A stretch of DNA of 62,841 nt, counting the filler, from Candidatus Woesearchaeota archaeon (GTDB lineage: Archaea > Nanobdellota > Nanobdellia > Woesearchaeales > B72-G16): the NCBI GenBank assembly GCA_003650545.1. It is 12 parts of 12 records of this genome, joined end to end, with 100 filler letters (N's around TTAATTAATTAA, not from the genome) between each part and the next. Parts side by side here need not be neighbours in the genome. Positions count along the whole stretch, not along the records: positions 26,980 to 32,213 come from QMQO01000066.1; positions 32,314 to 37,492 come from QMQO01000067.1; positions 37,593 to 42,766 come from QMQO01000068.1; 9 more parts are not named here. The stretch is one strand, 5' to 3'. This document shows, piece after piece, positions 31,161 to 39,893 of this stretch. A program made the position numbers and the translations under genes. The number at the start of each line of letters is the position of its first letter. Position 1 is the first letter of the stretch. The notes beneath the pieces were generated by a model. It was not told where the DNA came from. It was given only the letters and a program-made list of their open reading frames with translations, and did not search any database.

Positions 31161-31520
31161 ATGCGTGAAGGTCTTACACCTGAAGAACTCTGCAGGGATC
31201 CGAAACTATTCATAGAACTAATGGAAAAATATAACATCACTCTCAGGCAGCTGGGTATATTGCCTAACTATAAGGCGAAGATAAAATCTGGTTTAAAGAA
31301 GCCTAGCCTCGACTTATGCAGAAAACTTATGGAATTAATAGGCATAGAGAATAGTTTGGGAGAAGTGGCGGCCCGATCCCAGCTTGGGGGAGCTGCGGAG
31401 CCTCTCGGACTCCACAGCTACCCCCAACGCGGCCGGCTTAACTTCCGGGTTCGATATGGGACCGGGTGTTACCCGGCCGCTATGACCGGGTCGAGCCGCC
31501 GTATACCTTATCATTATTAG
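31161..31520 (+). CDS. XRE-like HTH ORF reading antisense through the 5S rRNA gene; possible N-terminal fragment of a split SSV-type integrase
   Basis: aa 1-68 are HTH-like (LMEKYNITLRQLG...KSGLKKPSLDLCRKL). From V69 (31365) the frame is the antisense of the 5S gene. Confidence 0.5.
   Translation: MREGLTPEELCRDPKLFIELMEKYNITLRQLGILPNYKAKIKSGLKKPSLDLCRKLMELIGIENSLGEVAARSQLGGAAEPLGLHSYPQRGRLNFRVRYGTGCYPAAMTGSSRRIPYHY
31373..31494 (-). rRNA. rrf: 5S ribosomal RNA (crenarchaeal type, stand-alone)
   Basis: Minus strand: CGACCCGGTCATAGCGGCCGGGTAACACCCGGTCCCATATCGAACCCGGAAGTTAAGCCGGCCG...CTGGGATCG, with conserved CGAAC and GAAGTTAAGC; the two ends pair as helix I. Confidence 0.96.
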
Positions 31521-31524
31521 TGGT

Positions 31525-31538
31525 GTTTTAAGTTTTTC
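31525..31538 (-). promoter_or_regulatory. BRE/TATA promoter of the 5S rRNA gene
   Basis: GAAAAACTTAAAAC about 25 nt upstream of the GGCGGC stem start at 31500. Confidence 0.6.
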
Positions 31539-31539
31539 T

Positions 31540-31815
31540 CTACTTTGGTTGCTTGACTTCTATTGTATAGATTGCCTGTATCTTCATTGGTGCTCCACAT
31601 TTGCTGCATTTTCCCTTTACTAATGATATGAAGTCTCCTTCTTCATAGTCTATTTCTAATACATTACCACACTTTGTACATTTTAGTAGAGTCCTTGTAA
31701 TTCTTGGAAGTTCTCTTGGTTTTCTTCTTGACTCTATGTAGAGTTGGAGAAGAATTACTGTAACACCTAGTATTATTACTATAAGCAATAGTGTTGGATC
31801 ATTAAAGAACGTCAT
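31540..31815 (-). CDS. Membrane-anchored Zn-ribbon protein
   Basis: N-terminal TM; CTKC...CSKC; overlaps the DUF1512 stop. Confidence 0.8.
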   Translation of the reverse strand: MTFFNDPTLLLIVIILGVTVILLQLYIESRRKPRELPRITRTLLKCTKCGNVLEIDYEEGDFISLVKGKCSKCGAPMKIQAIYTIEVKQPK

Positions 31816-32213
31816 TGTGCAACACCTATACTATTACCTATGCCTGCTATTATTATTGTTGATCCTTCCTTAGTTGCATTCTTGATAAGATTTAATAGGT
31901 AATCGACAGTTCTCTCCACAGCTTCATATAACTCCTTCTTCATGGCATGTAAAGCTTCTGGAAGACCCATCTTTATAACTATAGCTGATAACTGTATATT
32001 GTGCCTAGATGTTGCTCTCTCTATAGCTATTTTCTCTGGCCCAGGATCACCTATTGCTGCTCCTACACCCTCAGCTATTTCACCAAGTTCTTCACCTTCT
32101 AATTTAAGAGCGGCATCTATTGTAACAATTAGGTCAACATTGCCACTAAGTTTCTCAACAAGATCAGCTAGTACCTTACCAGGCTTACCCACATTGGATC
32201 CAGGGCCTTCAGC
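31812..32213 (-). CDS. DUF1512-family protein, C-terminal part (5'-truncated)
   Basis: GPGSNVGKPG, IDAALKLEGE..G.IAEGVGAAIGDPGPEK, GIGNSIGVAQ. Confidence 0.85.
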   Translation of the reverse strand, partial: AEGPGSNVGKPGKVLADLVEKLSGNVDLIVTIDAALKLEGEELGEIAEGVGAAIGDPGPEKIAIERATSRHNIQLSAIVIKMGLPEALHAMKKELYEAVERTVDYLLNLIKNATKEGSTIIIAGIGNSIGVAQ

Positions 32214-32313
32214 NNNNNNNNNNNNNNNNNNNNNNNNNNNNNNNNNNNNNNNNNNNNTTAATTAATTAANNNNNNNNNNNNNNNNNNNNNNNNNNNNNNN
32301 NNNNNNNNNNNNN

Positions 32314-32475
32314 TAAATATCCTTCTTTTAAGTACTCATCTATCAATACTCCAAATAATAACAATATTAACCAAAATAATAATCTTCTATACCAGTTTCT
32401 AAATGGTTTGTATCTATCAACTATTTTACTTTTCAAAGATTTCAACAAGTACTTCATATTGTTGTGGATATTCAT
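32314..32475 (-). CDS. Small membrane protein (3'-truncated)
   Basis: Basic N-terminus followed by LLFWLILLLFGVLI. Confidence 0.5.
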
Positions 32476-32965
32476 ATAGCTTCACCACAAATTTAACTTC
32501 ATAGTTTGGATTTGCTAAACGATAAATCAATTCGTTTATTATCATGTTTATATCTTGCTTTATATACTCTGGGTCTTCATCTCTTACTCCTTGTATTGCT
32601 TGGAAATAGTTTGTTACTCTTGCTAGTAGTGCTGATAACACTTCTATGAAGAAATATTTTCCGTATTTATCCCCATATATCGAAACTATTTTATCTGCGA
32701 ATTCTTCTTGTGGTGTTATATATGCCTTTGCCTTTATATATCCACATATCATCATAACTGCTTTTACCAATGGTGCATCTTTGATAAATGCTCTTCTACC
32801 AAATATTAGTTCTCTATCTGTCTTGAAATCTCCTGTTAAAGAAACGTTTATTTGGTGAACAGCATGGTAATGCAATAATCTCTTTGCTAGTATAGCTAGT
32901 AGAGAACCGCTTAGAGAAACAGTTTGGTTTGGCTGTATCAGTACTGCCATACTCATTATCAACAC
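32426..32965 (-). CDS. Hypothetical protein
   Basis: 179-aa ORF within the operon-like run. Confidence 0.65.
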   Translation of the reverse strand: MLIMSMAVLIQPNQTVSLSGSLLAILAKRLLHYHAVHQINVSLTGDFKTDRELIFGRRAFIKDAPLVKAVMMICGYIKAKAYITPQEEFADKIVSIYGDKYGKYFFIEVLSALLARVTNYFQAIQGVRDEDPEYIKQDINMIINELIYRLANPNYEVKFVVKLYEYPQQYEVLVEIFEK

Positions 32966-32966
32966 C

Positions 32967-33344
32967 TCAAATTTCTCTGCTACTGTATTTGAACAGTAGT
33001 AGTTTATACGGAATATCTATTGGTGAACCACCTGTTAATACCAACACTAGTTTGTATCTATCATTCGGTGTTAAGTATTTCGGTGTTACCATAACTATCG
33101 GGTCTGTTTGAACACCTCTAAACCTATATGACAGATACTTCTTGTATGTTCCTTGTGCCAAATCAATATATTCCTTCACTAATATTTCGTTATCACTTTG
33201 CATATTTGATAGGTCTAGATAACCAGTTACCATATAATACGCATTTATATCGCTTAATTCAATTATAACTACTTCTACATCATACACGTTAAGTATTTTA
33301 ATACCTTCATACGGGATTATATCACTTATGTACCACACGGGCAT
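32967..33344 (-). CDS. Hypothetical beta-rich virion-type protein
   Basis: 125-aa ORF, AGGTGA RBS. Confidence 0.65.
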   Translation of the reverse strand: MPVWYISDIIPYEGIKILNVYDVEVVIIELSDINAYYMVTGYLDLSNMQSDNEILVKEYIDLAQGTYKKYLSYRFRGVQTDPIVMVTPKYLTPNDRYKLVLVLTGGSPIDIPYKLLLFKYSSREI

Positions 33345-33397
33345 TTTTCATATCACCTTCTTTCATATTTTAAAAATGTTTATTGATTCTCATTTTC

Positions 33398-33994
33398 TCA
33401 TCCAAATGCACAATAACTTATATAGGTAAGTGTTTCATCGGTAAGTTTCATTTCAGCTTTTCCATTTTCTGGAAGCATTGCGTATGCAACCTGTGGCTCC
33501 ACCACAATAACAGCTACTCCAAGAACCATATTCTCGGGGTCTAGAAACATTGGATATATCAACCAGTTATATGCGTGTCCACCAAGTATGGTGTAGCCAC
33601 TCATTAACAATCCCCATAGCCTACCGCATGTATTCATCTTGTATCTATACGCTAGAAACTCTGCGAATAACCTAGCATAATCATCACAGTCAAATATCTC
33701 TCCGATGTACATAATGTTGTTCTCTCTTATGAATCTATCCCACTCCTCAAGTATTTGATATAGTGGTGGTGTTGGATACGGTGAGCAATACACTATATCG
33801 CTATAGATGAAGAATCTCTTTAGTTGGCTACGTACCCACTTTCCAAAATCATCATTTGTATTGAAGTTGATGCTTAGTCTCAACGCATCATCTAATAACG
33901 ATTCTATTACCTCTCTTGATAAACATACGAATTTTCCATTCCACGAAAAATTCTTGATTATATAGAACCCATTTCCCAATCTTTCAAAACTCAT
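33398..33994 (-). CDS. Papain-like cysteine peptidase (MOA agglutinin C-terminal-like)
   Basis: FDCDDYA...GGHAYN...VVEPQ gives a Cys-His-Glu triad. Start set at ATG 33994 after GAGGTGA. Confidence 0.7.
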   Translation of the reverse strand: MSFERLGNGFYIIKNFSWNGKFVCLSREVIESLLDDALRLSINFNTNDDFGKWVRSQLKRFFIYSDIVYCSPYPTPPLYQILEEWDRFIRENNIMYIGEIFDCDDYARLFAEFLAYRYKMNTCGRLWGLLMSGYTILGGHAYNWLIYPMFLDPENMVLGVAVIVVEPQVAYAMLPENGKAEMKLTDETLTYISYCAFG

Positions 33995-34017
33995 AACTTT
34001 CACCTCATTACATATTT

Positions 34018-34917
34018 TTACCATGCTAAATGAACTATGTCAAATGTAAATAATCCTATATAGGCATACCACACACTACGCGAACAATAGTCTCTGATTC
34101 CAACCAATACGAAGTTTGTACCATTCTTCAGATAAGGCTTTATATCGTATATCGCCATACCTACCCTAAGAACTGAACCAGATGTCCTTACCAATGCAGT
34201 ATTGTTTACATATATACCTGGTTCATCACCATAACATCTATATGATGATACAATATCGAAAACCACCAATCGTGCTCCGATAACCTTGTTAATATCAGGT
34301 ATATTGAAAGTGTATCCGACTCCTATAACGCCTCCAGATACCTCTCCACCAAAGTCATAGAGTTTGTATACAGCAACCTTTCCACTCAACCTTCTAGAGG
34401 TTGGAGTATCAATACTATATTCAACATTATATACATTTATAGATTTTGAGCTATAGCTACCGTTAATAACCTGCATATCCGATGGACCTATCCCACCATA
34501 TCTATCAACTATAACAGCTGCAGGGTCTATCTTCTCTGCTGTAACCGCATTATCAGCTATTTTAGGAGTTGTTACAGCGCCATCAGCTATTTTATCCGTT
34601 GTTACACCACCTGTACAAATAGTTAGTCTACCTTGGTCATCGAGGCATATGCTAGTGTTATCAACACTTACTTCAGCTCCTAGCTTCTTAACTGTTGTTC
34701 CATCTGGAGAGTATCTCCACTCATCTAAATCGCTTCTGTACCACAGCTTAACCGCTTCTAATGTTGGGTCAGATGTGAGAGCCGGAAACTTGATGCTATC
34801 CGGTAACAAATCAACAGTGTTCTTACCTATCCTCAGATACGGTAATCCCTCCTCTATCAAGTCCTTGATTAGCCACCAAGCTATACGCTTCTTAAACTTT
34901 TTGAATAGCCTACTCAT
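34018..34917 (-). CDS. Putative tail fibre/receptor-binding protein
   Basis: VTTDKIADGA/VTTPKIADNA/VTAEKI 10-aa repeats, VSVDNTSI motif, beta-rich C-terminal head. Confidence 0.7.
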   Translation of the reverse strand: MSRLFKKFKKRIAWWLIKDLIEEGLPYLRIGKNTVDLLPDSIKFPALTSDPTLEAVKLWYRSDLDEWRYSPDGTTVKKLGAEVSVDNTSICLDDQGRLTICTGGVTTDKIADGAVTTPKIADNAVTAEKIDPAAVIVDRYGGIGPSDMQVINGSYSSKSINVYNVEYSIDTPTSRRLSGKVAVYKLYDFGGEVSGGVIGVGYTFNIPDINKVIGARLVVFDIVSSYRCYGDEPGIYVNNTALVRTSGSVLRVGMAIYDIKPYLKNGTNFVLVGIRDYCSRSVWYAYIGLFTFDIVHLAW

Positions 34918-36560
34918 TCTACCACCTCCTCCAACTTGAACCTATACTTCTTACCAGATGGAGACACAAGGACAAGACCATATTTCGAGTCTTCAACAAT
35001 TCTCCAACCATTCCTAAACTCAAGGTCACCAACCCTAACCAAACTAGATGCATAAACCTCATTAGCGTTTATAGTATTCACATTCTTGATATTTCTACTA
35101 GAATCAATAACCTCGGTACCACCCACCTTAAGACTTCCTATATCAATGGCACCAGCTATATATGCATTTCTCCATTTATAGTTCTCATCTCCTAAATCAT
35201 AAGCATTATTAGATGAAGGTCGTATCTTGTTGTAGAAAATGATTTCTTTATGACTTGTCCATCCAAAAGGTAATATACTCTCTAACAATGGAGATGGTGG
35301 TACAATACTAGCCAAGATAAACTCGATAATCTTGGGATGTTGAGCACTATTAGTTCTCCTAATGGTTATAGTTATCCGTATATAATTATCGCCAGCGATA
35401 GGGCTGTTAAAGTAGATAAATAGAGCACCATCCCATAGCCGCACACTAGTATTCATTTCTGCTTTGACATTTGCTTCTGAGACAAAGTCGGAATAGCTGC
35501 TTGTTTCAACTTTAACATAGTCAATATAATAGCAATGTTGTACAAGTATTATTAAGCGTTCAGCATATGTCCAAGCATTTACTAAGTTATACCAAAATCT
35601 TAGTGTTAATTTATCTACACCGAGATTATCCATTATAGTAGCAAAGTCAAAATATGAATATTTCATATCTGTCAAACTTGAAAAGTCATAATCTCCTGTT
35701 ATATCTATCCATGCATTATTTGCTTCATCGAAATATTCAACTTTATATGGAGTTTTGAAAGCTAATGGATTACCCCATACTGGAGACATTGCTAATGCAC
35801 TATTTCCTGTCCAACTACGATAGTCTTTATAGTTTTCAATAGGGTTATAGCTCTTAGCAAAAACAGTTCCTTTAAACCATGCATTTCTCCATCCATATGT
35901 CGAGTTTCCTATATCATAGGCGTTATCAGCATTTGGCACAAAATGTGTATCAACATCAATTAAACTAATCTTTCTATTTGTTATCTTGCTAAAATCAATT
36001 TGGTTTACTATCAAGTTCTTATTAGCATCAACACTAAACTCTGAACCTAGTCCTTCAAATGGTTTATCTGGTATCTCGCTCCAGAATGGAGTACTGAAGA
36101 AATCTGTTATTTCTGAGCGTGTATGTGTATGGGGTTCTGGTGGATACTGGCTCGGTTTATCAGGGATGTTTTCCCAGAATGGACTGTTCCAAAAATCAGT
36201 AATTTCGCTACGAGTATGGGTATGCGGCTCTGGTGGATATTGAGATGGTTTATCAGGTATATTGTTCCAGAATGGTGTTGAGAAGAAATCACTGATTTTG
36301 CTCCTTGAGATAGATGCTATCTCCAGCCTACCATTAGTAACCTTGAACTCGCTACCAAGTGTAGAGAATGGCTTATCCGGTATCTTGCTCCAGAACGGAG
36401 ATGCCCATAAATCAGTTATCTTGTTTCTACTGACATTAGCTATTTTCTCATCTGTTATAGAGTTGTCTGGGTGGTCAATAGGTATCTTCTCCCTGTGCTC
36501 AGTTAATTTCTTAAACAGCTTCTTTATGAATGAGAATGATATTGCGTCGAACGGAGCCAT
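34914..36560 (-). CDS. Putative tail fibre protein
   Basis: Four IxD.....FW..IPDKP repeats, two with PPEPHTH; two P...NAYD(I/L)G.....WRN motifs; C-terminal SGKKYRFKLEEV. Confidence 0.78.
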   Translation of the reverse strand: MAPFDAISFSFIKKLFKKLTEHREKIPIDHPDNSITDEKIANVSRNKITDLWASPFWSKIPDKPFSTLGSEFKVTNGRLEIASISRSKISDFFSTPFWNNIPDKPSQYPPEPHTHTRSEITDFWNSPFWENIPDKPSQYPPEPHTHTRSEITDFFSTPFWSEIPDKPFEGLGSEFSVDANKNLIVNQIDFSKITNRKISLIDVDTHFVPNADNAYDIGNSTYGWRNAWFKGTVFAKSYNPIENYKDYRSWTGNSALAMSPVWGNPLAFKTPYKVEYFDEANNAWIDITGDYDFSSLTDMKYSYFDFATIMDNLGVDKLTLRFWYNLVNAWTYAERLIILVQHCYYIDYVKVETSSYSDFVSEANVKAEMNTSVRLWDGALFIYFNSPIAGDNYIRITITIRRTNSAQHPKIIEFILASIVPPSPLLESILPFGWTSHKEIIFYNKIRPSSNNAYDLGDENYKWRNAYIAGAIDIGSLKVGGTEVIDSSRNIKNVNTINANEVYASSLVRVGDLEFRNGWRIVEDSKYGLVLVSPSGKKYRFKLEEVVE

Positions 36561-36564
36561 TTTA

Positions 36565-37492
36565 TCACCTCAACAGAGTTGTCCATACATCGAGTGTTAC
36601 AGAGTATGAACTATCAAGATTAACAATCTGTATCTTTACATAGGGGGTGAATATAGGTATCAGAACAGTTCTCTGCTTAGTTTTACCCGATTCAAACGTT
36701 AAATCCTCATAGTTTCCTTGCTCCTCAGCATCTTCAGGACTATCATAGTTTGAGCCATCGGGGCTGTACAACCATCTAATCCTCACACCCTTAGTAGCAC
36801 TTGAATTATACGTAGCTCTAACAGTAACTACAATAGCTGAGTACCCATTTAAGTTGCTCTTGATTATCTCTTTAACAGAGTTAGCACCTAGCGAATAAGA
36901 AGATAGTTCTTTTGTAGGAGACGTTCTCCTCGGAGAAACATTGACTTTTAGCTCGTCTAAACCAGAGTCATACGCTTTTAGAATATCGCTTATCTTGACA
37001 GGTAGTGTTATAGCAGATTCCTTTATGCTTATAGGCACATTTATTGTTGAATCCTTAATTTTTATTGGCACATCTATTGTTGTTTTCTGTATATCTATTG
37101 GTAATACTATAGATGTATCTTTGAGACTGACCGATAATGTTACATCACTTTTAGCCAAATTAATTTTCAACAAATTGTTTTCATCATACGTTAATTTATC
37201 TGTCTTTAATTTTATAACCGTAAATAATTCAGCTACTGATTTATCAATATTTGAATTGTATAGCCTATTAGCAACTATTTGCAGTGTTGATTCTGATGCC
37301 CTTGTAGATAAGCCAACGTTTAGATTCTTGATATAGTTAGATAACTCGTTTCCTTCACTATCATACAATGTTCTTGGTAGTTTCTCAGCGAGTCTATTGT
37401 ATATATCTGTAAGTGTTCTTAAATCGGTACCCATTACCTCATCGAGATTCTGTACAGATGTCATTACATTACCAACGTTATCTACACGGAGA
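36565..37492 (-). CDS. Putative virion structural protein (5'-truncated)
   Basis: Frame open to the gap; 11-aa repeats (IKDSTINVPIS type) and LSTRASESTL. Confidence 0.65.
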
Positions 37493-37592
37493 NNNNNNNN
37501 NNNNNNNNNNNNNNNNNNNNNNNNNNNNNNNNNNNNTTAATTAATTAANNNNNNNNNNNNNNNNNNNNNNNNNNNNNNNNNNNNNNNNNNNN

Positions 37593-39893
37593 ATGCTTAC
37601 GGACTCGAATGGCTACATTAGAATGGTTAATCTAACGGAATTCTATGCTACGGGAACATATATATATAATGACTCAAGCCAGTCAAACTATACCACATTT
37701 AATCCATATACTTTTTTTGCAAATACGTCTACTTCTGGCTTCAATTGGACTGGAACAAATACAACTAACGTTGTTAGTAGTGAAATAATCGTAGTGTTGC
37801 TTGATAGAACTGAAACGTTGTATATTGACTTCATGAACCAGACTCCTTCGGATTTGGATTCCCTTTCTTTCGGCACATTAAATGTCACGTATAACGTTTC
37901 TAATTCAAGTGCGTTCAATCAGAGTTCCATGCTAATCTACTTCAAAATTAATTCAACTATCCTTAACGAATTTATGATATTTGAGAATGGGACAGGATCT
38001 TCAGGTTGGCAAAATATGAATATATCTGGCAGTGCAGGCGCAAACTATTGGTTTAGCCTGCTTAATAATGAATTTCTGCCCGCAACCTATAACTATCCTG
38101 AAGACTCGTTAGAAAACACTCCGAAGAACCATACCACTCTTTCAAGACCTACTCATTACGCCCTCATCAAACTTATGAATATTTCGACGCAGAAGAACTA
38201 TTCCTTCTTTGAAATTAATGTTTTCAATGTGTCTTTCCCAGCTTCGTCTCTGCGTTTGTACGTATGCAATGTGTCGTACGTTCCGGGAAAATCGCAGACT
38301 AGCTCATATTGTACGCAATTCTGCACAATCAAATCTAAAACTCCATTTAATCATACTCATTCGCCATATTCAAACCATCACGTCTGTCCAATAGCAATTA
38401 ACACAACAACGCAGTCCATCAGGAATCTAGTTGTGACAGACAATATGAGCTTCCTTGTACGTGGTCCTGTTGTTGGTCAGTGGAATATCAGCTTTATAAA
38501 CAATATTTCACGTATTGGCGCAAACCAAAATTCAACGGATGCAGGCAATTCATGGGTGAATCTTTCGGGTACTTATGATGCTCACGTACACCAGTTCAAT
38601 GGGAATGAAACATTCTGGTACTATTCATGCGGAAATCTCTCTGCGCCTAATGAAGACACTGGAAACTGTACACCCGTCCGCTATGACCTTTTGCAGCTTG
38701 GGGGTCTTCCACCAATGGCTCCTGATGTCTATTTGCCGATAGAAGCGGTATATTCTACGGTAATCGAGATCAATTGGACAGTCTCTATCTCTCCGAATGG
38801 CTATCCAATAACTATATATAATGTCAGTCTGCTGAATCTTGATGAAACGTTCAACAAAACGATAGTTAATAACTGGAGTCCGAACCTGAACTTTTCGTGG
38901 GACATATCAGGGGAAGCCAACGGAACGTATATAATAGAAGTCAATGCGTGCGATAACAATTCATTATGTGCAGCTGGCTTGAGTGAAAACTTCACAATTA
39001 ATATTACTCCTTCGTCATTCACACAGACGAATTATTCGTGGACACAAGACACAAACATTACTTCGAGTACCAAGTCAAATTGGTCATTTATTGTATACAC
39101 TGATGGTTCGGGTCTTGTAAATGTTTCACTATTGATGAACAGGTCTGGATCATTATATATAATAAATGGTTCGGGGTCATATATAGCTATTGAATCCAAT
39201 GGAAGTACTTGGATTGCTTGGAATACATACAATAATATAAGCCAGAATTGGACTATAATTGAGAATACTGGAACACTCAATTGCTATCCTGTGTCTCATA
39301 TAAGTTGGACAGGCAAAACGAATGCATCTATTTGCGAATTAACTCAACCCTTCTATTCAAACTATACAGCATCAATGAATATTCCACGACCCACTGGAAC
39401 AGATGAAACTCCAAACGTATATATATGTACTGGTTCAGTTTGTGAAAAAACTTTGAGTTCACATTGGACTAGAAAAGATTACACATATGACGATAATGTG
39501 ATATATGCAACTGATATTTTGAATACGCCTATCTATTATTTAATGGCGTATGATATAGTCACAGGTATTGCTGGTACAGAAGGGGATACGGGTGGCGGAG
39601 GAACAGTTGTAATTACCACTTCAAATGAGACAAAAACCATATTTGAAATAGACACTGGTGAAATTGAAGAAGGTCCAATATTTCCAATAAGAACTCTTGG
39701 AGACTTAAAAGGTGTATTAACGAGGAATATTGAGTTTTCTGTATTTGGTGGACGAGCAAAACTCCCAATTTGGTTTATATTAACAGGTAGTATGGCTCTA
39801 GTATTGATGTTGGCATATAAATTTAGGGGTGACATTAAGAAAATGTTGCCCAAACCTTCGTCAAAAGATGAATATACGGAGTTGATTGAATGA
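37593..39893 (+). CDS. Archaeal surface glycoprotein with C-terminal TM (probably 5'-truncated)
   Basis: Very dense N-x-S/T sequons, beta-rich, Gly linker, C-terminal TM with charged tail. Confidence 0.75.
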   Translation: MLTDSNGYIRMVNLTEFYATGTYIYNDSSQSNYTTFNPYTFFANTSTSGFNWTGTNTTNVVSSEIIVVLLDRTETLYIDFMNQTPSDLDSLSFGTLNVTYNVSNSSAFNQSSMLIYFKINSTILNEFMIFENGTGSSGWQNMNISGSAGANYWFSLLNNEFLPATYNYPEDSLENTPKNHTTLSRPTHYALIKLMNISTQKNYSFFEINVFNVSFPASSLRLYVCNVSYVPGKSQTSSYCTQFCTIKSKTPFNHTHSPYSNHHVCPIAINTTTQSIRNLVVTDNMSFLVRGPVVGQWNISFINNISRIGANQNSTDAGNSWVNLSGTYDAHVHQFNGNETFWYYSCGNLSAPNEDTGNCTPVRYDLLQLGGLPPMAPDVYLPIEAVYSTVIEINWTVSISPNGYPITIYNVSLLNLDETFNKTIVNNWSPNLNFSWDISGEANGTYIIEVNACDNNSLCAAGLSENFTINITPSSFTQTNYSWTQDTNITSSTKSNWSFIVYTDGSGLVNVSLLMNRSGSLYIINGSGSYIAIESNGSTWIAWNTYNNISQNWTIIENTGTLNCYPVSHISWTGKTNASICELTQPFYSNYTASMNIPRPTGTDETPNVYICTGSVCEKTLSSHWTRKDYTYDDNVIYATDILNTPIYYLMAYDIVTGIAGTEGDTGGGGTVVITTSNETKTIFEIDTGEIEEGPIFPIRTLGDLKGVLTRNIEFSVFGGRAKLPIWFILTGSMALVLMLAYKFRGDIKKMLPKPSSKDEYTELIE

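Larger units (their letters stand above)
32314..37492 (-). mobile_element. Archaeal virus tail/fibre gene module
   Basis: Tightly packed co-oriented genes with GAGGTG RBS and tail-fibre-type repeats; no cellular genes. Confidence 0.7.

Noticed and set aside
31365..31520. C-terminal 51 aa of the 119-aa ORF as a real protein domain
   Set aside because: It is the antisense of the 5S rRNA gene and its flanks; only the N-terminal HTH part looks protein-coding.
32314..37492. Diversity-generating retroelement acting on the tail fibres
   Set aside because: No reverse transcriptase, and no TR/VR pair differing only at adenines was seen; repeat differences are ordinary synonymous changes.
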